Assembly: GCA_963514005.1 (NCBI GenBank)
Contig: OY740823.1
Span: 1,674,001-1,738,000, forward strand
From: Raja brachyura
Lineage: Eukaryota
Direction of reading: 5' to 3'
Length of the DNA: 64,000 nt
The notes below the pieces were generated by a model that was not told the DNA's origin, made no database searches, and saw only the letters and a program-made list of their open reading frames with translations. Shown piece after piece: positions 39,083 to 54,859 of the stretch (positions within the stretch are counted from its first letter, which is position 1; each line of letters starts with the position of its first letter). Made by a program: the position numbers and the translations under genes.

Positions 39083-40270
39083 TATCTCTATAATACTAAA
39101 ACTTTTCCTGTTATTTGTGATTGTGCCGACGATGTGTCAATCCGTGTTTCCTATCTTCTTCCAAACGCTGGGGCACAGCCTTCCCATTTTCACATATCCT
39201 ACTCTATGTTTCCCCGTCGTGGCGATAAACCCGTCTCATTGTCACCTACATTTCCGATAACATTAAACCATTTAAAAAAAAAAATCAGCTCCCAAACTCC
39301 CCCATTTCTAAAGAAAACCCTGAGTGACGTCACAATGCACTCGCAAGGCAGGACGGAGATGGAGGGGCATTCCAGCGCTCGCGGTGAACCAGGAACAGCA
39401 GCGGCTGCCGACGCCCAACGCCCGACGCCCGACACCTTGTTGCGAGGTGATGCCGCGGGCCCTGGCTGGAGCCCACCCTGGTGCTCGAGCTGGAAGCCGC
39501 CGCCGAGAAAGAAGCCGCCGCTGGTATCAAGGACGAGCTTGGGTCCGGGACGTGCCAGGAGATTAAGGCTGTGCCTGCACTGGAGCCCAGGCGGTGGCGG
39601 AGCTGGCGGCTGGAGTCTGCAACCAGGGCCGGGCCCAGTACAAGAACCATGCCAAGTTACAGGCCCTGGCACTGCTATATTATCTGGATAGGTCCTGGGG
39701 CAGCGAATGTGAGTGCAGGGAGGAGTATGAGGGACATGAGGAGGGGGGAGATGTGGTGGGAAGTGGGGTGGTAGAGGGATATTTGGGGGAGGGTGTGGAC
39801 GAGGTAGATGGGGAGAGGTGGAGGAGGGAGATGTCGCCTCCTTATCTACCCTCACTCCCACCCTCTCTACCCCCTCCCTCTCCATCCCTCGCCCTCTATC
39901 GCTCTACCCTCCCTCTCCCCCACTCTACCACCGACCCTCTCCCTCTCCCTCTACCCTCCTCCCTCTCTCTAACCCCTTCCCTCTCTGCCCCTCTCCCTCT
40001 TTACCGCCCTCCCCTCCATCTACCCTCCCACTCTACTACCCTCCACCCCCTCCCACTCTACCCCCCTCCCCTCTCTCTCGACCGCCCTCCCTCTCCATGC
40101 CCCTCCACCACCACCCTCCCCAGCCCTCTCCCTCTCTGCCCCCTCTCTCTACCCCCCTCCCTCTCTACTAACCCTCCGTCTCTATCAACCCTCCCTCTCT
40201 ACCACCCTACGGATTGAACAGGGAGGGTGAAGAGGAGGAAGAGGGAGCGCTGGGGATGAGGAGAAATCGG
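39083..40270 (+). mobile_element. Possible Helitron-like non-autonomous element with a GC-rich insert and polypyrimidine tract
   Basis: Starts A|TCTCTATAATACTAAAAC, similar to the termini of the 2381-5932 element and to typical Helitron 5' ends. CT-rich low complexity at 39835-40210. No 3' CTAG end found. Confidence 0.4.
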
Positions 40271-41200
40271 CAAAGGGCACAATCAGTGGTTTCAAGAAGC
40301 AATTGAATATCTTAACGGCGTCGTGGGCAACGTACGAAAATGTTTATTTGAATTGAACAGAATTGTCTACATTTGCCTGCAAAAGAGGGATATCCAAAGG
40401 AAAGAGTGTTGCTCAAATAATATTTTGGAAACGAACAGAAAATTGCTAATGCTTACATGAAGAAGGCCGTTGCCTGGTCAGTTATCAAGGCGGAAGATGT
40501 GGAGGCATTGCACGAGTTCGCGATATTTTTTAGATGTTGTTGTAACTCGATGAGCAAACCCAATCACATGGACGAATTGAATGTTGCTGGTCATATGCAG
40601 GCTATTATTCTTAAACGGCCCTTCAAACCTAGAGAAAAGTGGAGAGGTAAAGCAGGTCAGATACAGGAAGGTGAAAATCGAGAAGTAATGTTTCCTAATA
40701 TGTTGAATTTCATAGCCGGGGAAGTCCGATTTATGTCAAGTGTGCGCCATGGGAATATTCAAGATCCAAAGTCAGCGAACGTCGAATGTGCTACGTTTAC
40801 TAAGACAAAGGGAAGATCGCGCCGTAACGGAAGCAGTTTTGCCACTGCTGTAATACCTGCAGAAACAAAAGGCAAAAGGAAAGGAGATGCATCTACTATT
40901 AAGCCACAAGGGTTTTGTTTGTGGCGTGACAAAGTTGGTCATCCGATAAAGTGGTGTCTAAAATTCAAGAAGAAGGAATACAAAGAAAAGATGAACTTGT
41001 TAAAGGAGAAGGGGATCTGTTTTGGATGTTTGAAGAAATAACACATGGTTAAAGACTGCACGAATCGTATGGCTTGCGATAAGTGTAACAGGATCATCGT
41101 GGAATATTTACAGTGAACAGAAGAAGATGGAAAAGAAGCCGGAGAAAATAGTGCAGGAGTAGAAGCGAGCTACGGGTGATGCCTCAAATCACCTGTGATC
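40270..41200 (+). mobile_element. BEL/Pao LTR retrotransposon gag fragment
   Basis: ORF 40457-41041 (AYMKKAVAWSVIKAED...) ends in degenerate tandem CCHC knuckles (CFGCLKK*H..KDC, CDKC). Confidence 0.8.
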
Positions 41201-41584
41201 ACCTCAAATGTGTGTAATGTTTCATCGTTCGTCCTCCGGCACCGCGCTACTCCTGGCTTTGCTCTTGTTTCCTTCCACATGCAATTGGCCTGACTATTAA
41301 CGGTTTCCGTAACTACTGTATATGTCATTTAGTGTAGTGGATGCTGCTCTCTTGGGGGTGGGGGCCGGTAATGCAGTTGATATGAATGTGGGCAGAATTA
41401 AAAGCTGTGAACGTAATATACATTGGTGTTTGATGAGCTGTGTGGACACCGGGGCCCAAAGGGTGTATTCTCTATATTTTGTCGGGGCTAAAGGCCATTT
41501 AGTCAACGCATCCAAGTTTGAAAAAGTTCCGATCAGACAATGTTCCTTGTCTTGTGTAAGTGATATCTATTCTCTCCATTGCAG

Positions 41585-42460
41585 TGAACTTGTTGGCGAT
41601 AGTGATACTCTATCGAGGTAAATGCGTTCTCTCCAAGTGCATCACACGCTACCTGGTGGCCATGGCAGCGTCTGAACTCCCGGTCGGCATCACTGGGGCT
41701 TTTGAAATTCGCTTCCCGGAATCTTTTCTGAAGATTACTCCCGTGCGCACGACTGTCGCATTTGTGATATGTGCAACCACCGCGGTCTCTGTCTGGCTGA
41801 CGGTAGTCTTCACCTTCGATCGGTTTGTCGCCATTTGTGGTGACGAGCTGAAAATAAAATATTGTACCGAGAGAACGGCGGCTGCGGTTATCGGTGCAGT
41901 GATAGTGCAGGGTTGTTTGGAAAATATCCCCAGGTGTTTTACAATAGACCCTGGCTACGAATTTGATAATCTTGCCTGGGAGTGCTTCACTAAACCTACC
42001 TTCAATACGTCGTCTGCACGGATCGCATGTGCTAGCATACATCTCGTTCTAAACCTTTGTATTCCGTTCTTTCTGATTCTTCTGTCCAATGTGCTGATAG
42101 CCAGAGTCCGCAGGGGTCTCCGGGGCCGCAGCAACGGAGAGAATGACAAGGACCCGGAGATGGAGAACCGCAGTTCTTTAGTATTCAGTATTTAGTGCCC
42201 TTGTGTATCGCAAGCACGTTCATATTGCTGTGGGCAACACAAGCTATATTTTAAATCTTTACGGGTATAGCGCAAGTCGCATATGACGGCTTCCCCACCA
42301 GTCATTACTATATCACAAGTGTCACGTCGGGGTTCTGACAGCTTCTCAGTAATTGCACCAACACGTGTATTTACGTGGTGACCCAGAGTAAACTCAGAGT
42401 TGAGCTGATAAACTCGGTTAAATTCCGACTGAGAGCAATGCGTGCACTTTTACATTCCTA
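41585..42460 (+). pseudogene. GPR139/GPR142-like class A GPCR pseudogene (main coding exon)
   Basis: Acceptor CTCTCCATTGCAG at 41572-41584, then NLLAIVILYRGKCVLSKCITRYLVAMAA, FTFDRFVAIC, KYCTERTA and DKDPEMENR. Internal deletions plus a frameshift and stops after ~42180; a TM7-like CTNTCIYVVTQSK follows downstream. Confidence 0.82.
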
Positions 42461-44379
42461 ATATTATGCAAAACATAAACAGTGTTTTTGACCCACCGAC
42501 CCACGCCGACAATCCAACCATTTCCATTCATCCCTGTTCGTTCTCTGTATACTCAATTAAATAGTCAATGTTCTTGTTCAGCACACACTTAGTACAGGTC
42601 ACTGGTCATCTAACTGACTACTCGCAGAAGTCAGAGTCATACAGCATTGAATCTGGCCCTGTGGCTTAACTTGCCCCGGCTAAACGAGATGCCCAGTCAA
42701 CGCGAGTCCTATTTTCCCGCGATTCTCCCACATGCAGTTCCGCTTTTCCTATAAATGCACCTGTCGAATCGTATTTTGAATATCGTGACGGTTTCACTAC
42801 CGCACATCTACATGATGTGGGACTTAACATGAGCAGCTGGGGATTTTTGTTGTCGTCTATGGGACAACATGACCCTACGACATGGTCCAAAGGGGCAGGG
42901 GTCTGGGGGTTGTCAGGTGTCGGATCCTCGAATTGCACAATGGCGACTCGATAAATTCAACCAGTGAGTAATTAAGAGCTAATTTGAAGCACGCCATCCA
43001 GACGAATGTTTTGGCATTATGATAAAATTAGAAGTAGCTAAACAATCTAAACTCGGATGTTGTTCTACACCTTAGTGACAGTCTGATCGGCTGCGTGTCA
43101 TTGGCTCGCAAGCAACACACCCGGTCGACAACCAGAAACTCAGGAACGAATCAAAGTAAATAGCGGCGTGCACCGTCATTTGAAACGTCACCCCTGGAAG
43201 TGACATATACATTTCCGGGCTTGTCTCCGCGAACAGAGAGCGTCAGGAGGTGGGTCTATCCGAACATTTAGCAGAGTCTATCCCACTATTTAAGAAACAG
43301 TTGACAGGTAAATGGATAGGACAGGTTCGGAGGGATATTGAACAAACGCGGGAAGGTGGTACTAATGTAGCTGGGACACGTTGGCCGGTATGGGCAAGTT
43401 GGACAGAAGGGCCAGTTGGCACACTGGATTACTCTATGACTCTATGTCTAAGTGTCATCAAATCCTTAATGGAAAACATGGACTCATCTCCACCGATCGT
43501 TTTCTGTCTTTTTCTTTCTTTCTTCAATTCTTGCGCTGTCAGATGTCCTACACCTGCCTCGCTTTTCAATCTTACGATTCATTTTCACTGTCGCATTTCT
43601 CACCATATCTGACTCCGTTAGATTTGCGGCAGATGATCTGAAGCAGACTAAACAATGCGAGGAAAACAGAAATTGATGGGGGGATATCCGCGGGTTGGGA
43701 AGCATCTGTGCAGGGAACAGGCTAACGGAGTTTTGTATCGAGACCACGAAGAGGTCTGGGAACAAGACCCATCAGGGAACAATGCACGTCTACACACACC
43801 ACAAATGCTGCCTCACCCACAGCGTTCTGATCTGCTCTCTGCTACATTATTTAGAGACGGCTTTGAAGTTTTAGCATATTGAAAATCCAAAGGCGAGAAG
43901 GCATGTCGTTAAGGTAAGAGAACAACGTGCATTTGAGGTGTGCGGCACTAATCTTTACATGGAGCTTAACAGATGCCAGAAACGCTCTTTTAGTGTTGGT
44001 GGTGGAGACTGTTAGCATTATGTTCATGAGGCGTTTTTTTGTAGGCTCGTGGGGAGGCAAAAACTTGAGTGGTGTGGATCATGCAAAATCATGAAACATG
44101 TGGATCATGCGAGAGCAGATAATATTAATATTTCTTGATACCATGTTCCGCCCCGACATTAGGGCCCGAAATGCATTTCCCAGTGCTGTACATTTCTATA
44201 TTATATCGACAAGGACACCAGAACCTGTAAATAAAAATATACCATCGTGCAGAATGCAGATTTGTGTTTATTATTATTGGGGGCACCGCGCTAAACCGAA
44301 AAGGTTACTTTTTTAAAAAAATGTTTTGAAATGAAACAGATATATAATACTTAAATACAATCGTATCAAAATCAATTTG

Positions 44380-45100
44380 AATAGACAGAGCACAGATTCA
44401 CAGCGTACAATGGGGAAAAGGTGAATAGCGCACTCCTGTCTTGTGGAAGGACCGTTCGGAAACCAAACAGTAGAAGAAGCGGGTGCCCCCTTTCCTGCTT
44501 CTGTAGCTTTTGGCGGACGGGAGCAGCGAGAACAAGGAATGCCCTGTATCGGAGACGCTTTTGATTATGTTGGTTGCTTTTACGAGGGCACGGGGTGTGG
44601 GTAGTGTATCACTGGTGGTAGCATTGGTTTCTGCGATTGGTTGGAGCACATTTACAACTCTGCAAATTATTGCAGATTATTGGGCTTTGCAATTGCCAAA
44701 ATAAGCTGCGATACACTCCGACAGTGTGCTTTTTATGGGGCATGTTCAGAAATTTCCTGAGCAATTGGAGACATACCGATTTTACCAGACACTTCAGGAA
44801 GTAAATGTGTTGGTGTCCTTTCTTGCTATTTGCGTCAGTGTGGTTGGTCCACGAAGATTGTTGGTAATATTAATTCCAAGGATCGCGAACATCTCAACCC
44901 TTTCCTCCTCGGTATATTTAGGGGAATTGGGGAAATTTAAATAGAAGTTACTGAAGTTGATAACTAACACCTTTGTATTGCTAGCAGTCGGAGCGTGTTT
45001 TTTTGTCCTGGTGCCATGTTACTGACTTCGCTATCTCCTACCTGTACTTAGTTTCATCACTGTTATAGATCCGGACCATGGGAGTGGCGTAATCTGGAAA
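44380..45100 (-). mobile_element. Old Rex1-like LINE 3' remnant
   Basis: Minus strand GHSLFSLLPSAKSYRS and degenerate RT C-terminal motifs. Confidence 0.6.
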
Positions 45101-45289
45101 TGCCAGGCAAAAACCTGGACATTTGTACAATGGGTTAGAGTCCACGTCATGAGGTATCTGTAATATTGTTGCAGGGGATATTATTGCAATATCTGTAATA
45201 TTGTTGTTTTTAACTCGTCAGAAAGTAGAGGTGGACTTGAAGTTATACCAGACTCTGTATCTTGATATTAAAGCGGACAGTGAGCAATA

Positions 45290-46676
45290 TGGTGCATTCT
45301 GGCAAGGTGGGGTGGGGCAAATCACCCCGGTTTCTCGGGACAGGGGTGAATGCAACGTACCAGTGCTCCGCAGGAAGAATCGCATTTGGGCGTTTGGGGC
45401 GCTTCGACCTGATACGAACGTGGTTCTTTGGAAGGGCCGTAAATGTGCCCCAGCCGGGTATGTCTTTTGTCGGTTTGCAGGCGAACTAATTGTCCCCGTG
45501 CCAGTGGTTTAAGTGGCTTGCTGGACTTGTTTTTGTGTGTCACGTTTGAACTGCAGTTGCTTCTGCACTGCCTCGGGCGCGACTGCAGCTGCTGCTGAGA
45601 GGACAGGAAAGGGTGGGCGTGTCTCTGGCGGGCCGGGGAGTCAAAAACGCTGTGCCGTGCAATGTTTTGTAGGTTGAGCAAGTGCAGATAAACGTCGGCT
45701 TTTGCCAGGTAAGGAACGTTCCATGAATTGTTTAGCTCTCCGAACAGCGCGCTCGGCCAGTCCGTTGGATTGCGGGAACACTGGGCTGCTGGTGACGTTG
45801 GAAGTTCCATCTTGTAGCAAAGTTATTGAATGCTTGGCTGATAAATTGCCTTGCCATTGTCAGTCTGAATGCGTACAGGGGAGCAGTGTACGGTAAGGTG
45901 TCGTTGCAGCTTCTCGATCACAGACTCAGAGGAAATGGTTCGCAGTACGTCTATTCGAACCATCCCGAGTAAGAGTCTACAAGAACTAGATAGTGTGTTC
46001 TATGCCTTTCAAAGATGTCGGCGGCCAGTGATGACCACGGAGGGAGGGAAGGAGCTGGTTGGGTAGAAGAGGCTGCTTCTGCTGGTGCGGTGCTAGATTG
46101 TTGCAGATAGCGCACATTTCGATCTTTTAACGTATGAATTTCGTCATTCCGGGCCAGTAAAACATACTCTGGGCCCGCTGGAGGGTGGCTCCGTGCCGCG
46201 GTGGCTCATGTGGATGTCGTTGTAGTACTCGCCCGGTAGTGCGATTGGAACCATTGTCTTGTGGCCTTTGACTATTCTTCCGTCCTGCAGCACTAATTCG
46301 TCACGAACTAGGAATGTGGTTGTATTTCGAGCGGGGGTTCGACTGTTTATGGGGCCAGCCGTTCCGTATGGTGGTGGACAGCAATTGTAAAGTTTCGTCC
46401 GCACCCGTATACTCGGCGTAAACGGTCCGTCGGTACAAACGACACCTTCATGACTGAGAATTCGTCCTGTTCGATGAGGTGCAGTACGCTGGTTGTGCGC
46501 GGTGCTCTGGAAAGGGTGGCTGCTATGTGCATGTCTTTAACTTCTTGTAGACGGTGTGGAAGTCAAAACGCTGCAGCTGCATCAGCATTCGTTGGAGCCA
46601 TGTCGGGGCAGCGTGGGTCGACTTATTCAGAATACTGACCAATGACTGATGATCAGTTTCGATGGTGATGGTTTTG
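45290..46676 (-). mobile_element. Degenerate Gypsy pol remnant (RNase H to integrase)
   Basis: ITIETDHQSLVSILNK...LQRMLMQLQRFDF, RDELVLQDGRIVKG, HMSH zinc motif and PRSYQV. Confidence 0.8.
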
Positions 46677-46876
46677 NNNNNNNNNNNNNNNNNNNNNNNN
46701 NNNNNNNNNNNNNNNNNNNNNNNNNNNNNNNNNNNNNNNNNNNNNNNNNNNNNNNNNNNNNNNNNNNNNNNNNNNNNNNNNNNNNNNNNNNNNNNNNNNN
46801 NNNNNNNNNNNNNNNNNNNNNNNNNNNNNNNNNNNNNNNNNNNNNNNNNNNNNNNNNNNNNNNNNNNNNNNNNNNN
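46677..46876. other. Assembly gap
   Basis: Run of N. Confidence 1.
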
Positions 46877-49140
46877 CTGTTCGGGATCTGGACGAGCAAG
46901 CGGCAAGTGAAGGCGAAGCTGAGGATGGACGAGAAGGGAGCCATCATCCACCCTCCCTCGGTGTTCGCTATCGGTGGGAACCGAGGGCACATGACCTACG
47001 CGGAGCAATCCAGGCTGTGCAGAAATGCAACAAGCCTGGACATGTGGCGGCCCAATGCAGTGCAGTCGTCTGCAAGAACTGCAAGCTGGAGGGCCACGAG
47101 ACAAAGGGCTGCCAAGTCAGCAAGAACTGCAACCTGTGCGGGGGAGCATGCCTGCCTTGCAGAGCATGCCCTAAAAGAGCCTGCACATAAACGCAGGCGA
47201 CAAGGGGGTCTGTGGCCAACACCGCTAGGGCGAGTGAGACGCCCCCACCACTGCCAAGACCCCAGCAGAAACAAGGAGAGTGCCGCCGACGTCAACACCG
47301 GTTACGCCAGCGGAGACCCCCCTCCCCTCCTTGAGGATGCCTGAGCCCCGAAAATGTGCTGCAATTCACCAAGGCGGTGGGTATTAAGGGATAAGATGAC
47401 GGTCAGTGTTTCTAAAGGACAATGAAGCTAAAACTGGCATCATTCAACGTGTGCCGCGTGAAGAACACATCGCGATGTGTGAACGCCTTGCAGTACATTG
47501 CCAGAGTCAAGGCGGACGTGACTTTTCTGCAGCAGTGCGGGCTGCCACACCCCCGCTGCTATCGGAGTGGGCGCGATGGTGGCCCCACGGACTGTCGGTG
47601 TGGTCGGGGGGGGGGGGGGGGGGGGTGGCAATGTCTGGCGCGCTTCCGGCCCGGGGATGATGCTCCGGGGGTGGAGTTTCGCCATCACTTAGGTCAGGGA
47701 GGTGGTTGGGGGGCGTCAAGTCGTGGTGGATGTCATGTAGCGGGGTTCTCTGCTCCGGCTGATTAATGTGTACGCCTCTCTCGTGCGAAGCGGGCGGCTG
47801 GCCGTTCTCCATCAGCTCCCATCGCTGCTGGCCGTTTCATGTGATCATGGCTAATTATCCCCAATCAGTACCCCGAACCTGCCTTCTCCACATAGAAACA
47901 TAGAAACATAGAAAATAGGTGCAGGAGTAGGCCATTCGGCCCTTCGAGCCTGCACCGCCATTCAATGTGATCATGGCTGATCATCCAACTCAGTATCCCG
48001 TACCTGCCTTCTCTCCATACCCCCTGATCCCTTTAGCCACAAGTGCCACATCTAACGCCCTCTTAAATATAGCCAATGAACTGGCCTCAACTACCTTCTG
48101 TGGCAGAGAATTCCAGAGACTCACCACTCTCTGTGTAAAGAATGTTTTCCTCATCTCGGTCCTAAAGAAATTCCCCCTTATCCTTAGACTGTGACCCCTT
48201 GTTCTGGACTCCCCCAACATCGGGAACAATCTTCCAGCATCTAGCTTGTCCAACCCCTTAAGAATTTTGTAGGTTTCTATAAGATCCCCCCTCAATCTTC
48301 TAAATTCCATCGAGTACAAACCGAGTCTATCCAATCTTTCCTCATATGAAAGTCCTGACATCCCAGGACTTACATACCTCCTGACTCCGCCATCTTTAAC
48401 AGCCCGATCTAGCTCTCTCTTGAAAGTATCCAAGAACCAGCATCCATCGCCCTCGGAGGCAGAGAATTCCAGAGACTCACAACTCTCTGCGAGGAAAAGT
48501 GTTTCCTCGGCAGATAGTTCTGCTGGTGACTTCAACTGCATCATTGATGCTTCTGCCAACAACAGAGTGGACAGCAACCTCAAGCTCCTTCTAGAGACGG
48601 TAAAAGCCGCACCGTTGCGCGACGCCTTCAACGACCCTGCAGGTGGGTCGCAGTCGCGGTTCACCTGATCGAGATCGGACGGTTCAGTCTGGTCCCGGAT
48701 AGACTTCCTCTTCACATCGAAGGCCATCACGGTCAGACACACCAACCTCACGCCGGTGTTCTTCTCTGTCCACTGCCTCCTTTAGGCTTCCTGTCACCAA
48801 CAGGAGGACCGGGGAGCAGGCAGAGGGACATGGAAGTTACTTGCGAAGCTGCATACCTATGCGGCGGCATCAGGCGGAGCGTGGAGCCAAGGCACGTGGG
48901 CACCAAGTGTAATTCCCTCCGAGGTTCTATCTGTCCCCGGTGTTTCGAAGGATGGGCCTGGCGCAGAAGAATGTGCCAGTCAGCTGGATATTGCCGCACC
49001 ATCTGGCGTTGGTGGAAAAGTTCTTCCGGAACAATACCTTTGACCACCATGTTCTTCACTGATACCTGAGAGAGGGTCTGGGGCAAGGGGAGTTACAGGA
49101 CGCACGGAACGACATGGCGGAGAAGGACTCCCAAGAGGTG
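46877..49140 (+). mobile_element. Degenerate Tx1/L1-clade LINE interrupted by CR1 fragments
   Basis: ORF1 has three CCHC knuckles (CRKCNKPGHVAAQC, CKNCKLEGHETKGC, CNLCGG). ORF2 endonuclease MKLKLASFNV starts at 47422, with AGDFNC and SRIDF resuming after 48510. Confidence 0.8.
47838..48505 (-). mobile_element. Young CR1 3' fragment (~47890-48368) nested in an older CR1 3' fragment
   Basis: (CATAGAAA)n tail at ~47890-47915 and PGMSGLSYEERL...AGTGY on the minus strand. The older 3' UTR is split around it. Confidence 0.88.
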
Positions 49141-50519
49141 GCCCTTGATTCTTCTGAAGTCCCAAGAGCGGAGGGCGATGGAGAAGAATAGAAGATATCA
49201 TTTAAAGTCAAATGTCACATTTAAGTTCGAGAACATTGTTTGTGGCCTGTTGGACAGAAACTCGATGATCCACATGCACCTGGCGGTGCTGACATCAAGT
49301 GCCGCGTGTTTGGCCGTGAGCTTGTTTACAAAAACGGTATTGAATGCAGAGAGACAGATTGGCTGAATTGGAGTCTGCCATGTGTCTCCTTCTTATTCAG
49401 GTGGATTATCAGGTGGATTATCGCTGCTTGATCGACTGGAGTTGGCATGTACCATAACAAATCTCTCGAAGTACTGATGATGGTGGATGTCAAAGGCACT
49501 GGGCGGTGGTCGGTAAGGCATGTGAAATTGCTTTCAATGGAGGAGGGTGTCATCAACCTGTTGGCCTTGTTCTCAAAGCGAGCATAGAATGCTTTAAGGT
49601 GATCTGGAGGTAGATTAGGCACGTACAATGCCATAATTGAAAATATGTTTGGGAAGGTACAGTGATTGGGAATTGTCAATCGCGGGCAAATGGGGCTAGT
49701 ATAGATGGAGAATCTGCCTCCCCATGGACAGTGCGTTTGTTGGTCTGATTTTCATGTTGTCCTACTGTGTGAGCCGATGACCTCTTTCTCCGCACATTCG
49801 GAGATGAGGTTCCTGCTGATCCTCGGTGATCAGCAGGAACATGTTTATACTGATATGCACAAGTACGGCGAGGTACAGGTACAATGAAAATGGTACTTGC
49901 AACAGCATCACAGACGCATACACGTAAATATCTAATAAAACAAATCATATATCGCACCGGTCGGGCTGGATTTGCTGTCCACTTAGCGGAGGATGTTGAG
50001 GGGGGAGCACGATAGAGGTGGACACAATTATGCCAGAGTGTGGGAAGTTGATCTGCGGGATGGACTGGGCTACATCCACGATCCTCTGCCGTCCTTCACG
50101 GTCCTTGGCAGAGAGGTTGCCAAGTTGTGATGCATCTCGAACTTGGGAAGATTAATTGAAGACATGCCGAATTTAGCTACCCCTCTCAGAAAGCAGAGGC
50201 ATTGGCGTGTTTACTTTCCCATGGCCTACTGGTGTGGATGAGCAGAGATTGTGGGTGGAAGGTAGAGGCTTAAAATATCTGTAAGAATTATTTTCGCTAG
50301 AGTGGGATTTAAATCAGGACGCAGTGCCGAACAACGGGCTTAGTGTGGGTGTGATTGTCAGGAGGAGAGGGATGAGCCAAAAGGCCTCTTTCTATGGGAT
50401 ATGATTTCACCCTCTGCTGAGATGTAGATTGGTGGGAGGGGTTGGTGGTTGGCTGATGTTAGATAAACCTCATCTGCTCGTTGCTAAGTGCAATTCCTCA
50501 GCTGAATTGTGACGAAAAT

Positions 50520-50688
50520 CAACGCGGACAATCCGCCGGTCTTTATTTACTAACGCGTCTCAGAGCAACCGCGCTTCAATTGTCCCGAGAGGCCAATCAG
50601 CGGCCGCTATTGCTTAGCGGGGCCGCGGTATAAATAGGGCGAGCGGCGACATCCGCCATCGACCGCCGCGACCACAGAGAGAGATAGG
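50520..50688 (+). promoter_or_regulatory. Promoter and 5' UTR of tubulin E (Forkhead, X-box-like, CCAAT, TATA)
   Basis: TATTTAC 50544-50550, GTCTCAGAGCAAC 50557-50569, CCAAT 50593-50597, TATAAATA 50629-50636; CpG-rich. Confidence 0.78.
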
Positions 50689-53856
<3,168 letters not shown>

Positions 53857-53973
53857 GCGACATTATTACAGTTAAACGTTGAATCAAATAAGACATTTTA
53901 CGTTACAGAATACATAACTTTTAGCCAGTAATTTTACCCATATAACATTTCGCTTCAGCACTGTAGGTCTGAA

Positions 53974-53979
53974 AATAAA
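53974..53979 (+). terminator. Polyadenylation signal of tubulin E
   Basis: AATAAA 118 bp after the stop codon. Confidence 0.65.
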
Positions 53980-54859
53980 TTATTTTGAAAAATGCATTTG
54001 AGATTGCGTCTGCTTCCAATCGACAAGTAGAGGGAAATGAAACGCGATAGATCAAAGCTGGAGGTGATCACCTTGTTGCGACTAGATTATAGGTCCCCAA
54101 TATTCAGCGGAAATTTGAGGAACATATATGCTGGTGCAACATTTGTCCTGTGGGATTTGAACTTTCCCAATATGGACTAGGACTGCCACAGTGCCAACTG
54201 GATAGATGTTGTTGAGCTTGTCGAATGTGTTCAGGACGCTTTCCACGTGAAATATGTAGGGGGGCTACAAGGGAGAGAAAAAAGCCTGACCTATTTACTG
54301 ACGGTTTTAAAATGTACGCACGTAGATTATATGCCCCGGTCAGATCAGATTTCTAGTTCAGTTTGGAGATACAGCGCGGAAACGGGTCCTTCGGCCCACA
54401 GTGTAGGGAGATGCATTCAAAAAGGCGGGTTGATTCAGCATGGCTTTGTGCGAGCGAGGTCGTGTCTCACTAATTTTGGGCACTATATCTGCGGAAGGGT
54501 GTGGTCGCTCTGGAGAGGGTCCAGGGGAGATTTACAATAATTATCCCATGAATGAGTAGTTGACAGGTTCCGTGTTGAATGCTATGCCCCATCACGAATC
54601 CTTCCAAATTCCAGTGAATATCAGCAAAGCCGATCCATTATTTCATCATATGTCAGTCCCTGCATCCAAGGAATTAATCTTGCTCAACCTACGCTGCACT
54701 CCTTCAACAGAAGGACTGTTCTTCAACATTAGGAGACTGAAACTGCACACAATACACCAGGTGCGCTCCCAACAGGGCCCTGTACAACGGCCGTAGGACA
54801 TCGTTGCTCCTATAATCAAATCCCCTCGCTTTGAAGGCCAACATGCCCTTAACTGTGTT

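Noticed and set aside
39594-40217. Pro/Leu/Ser-rich ORFs as protein-coding genes
   Set aside because: Translation artefacts of a CT-rich low-complexity tract.
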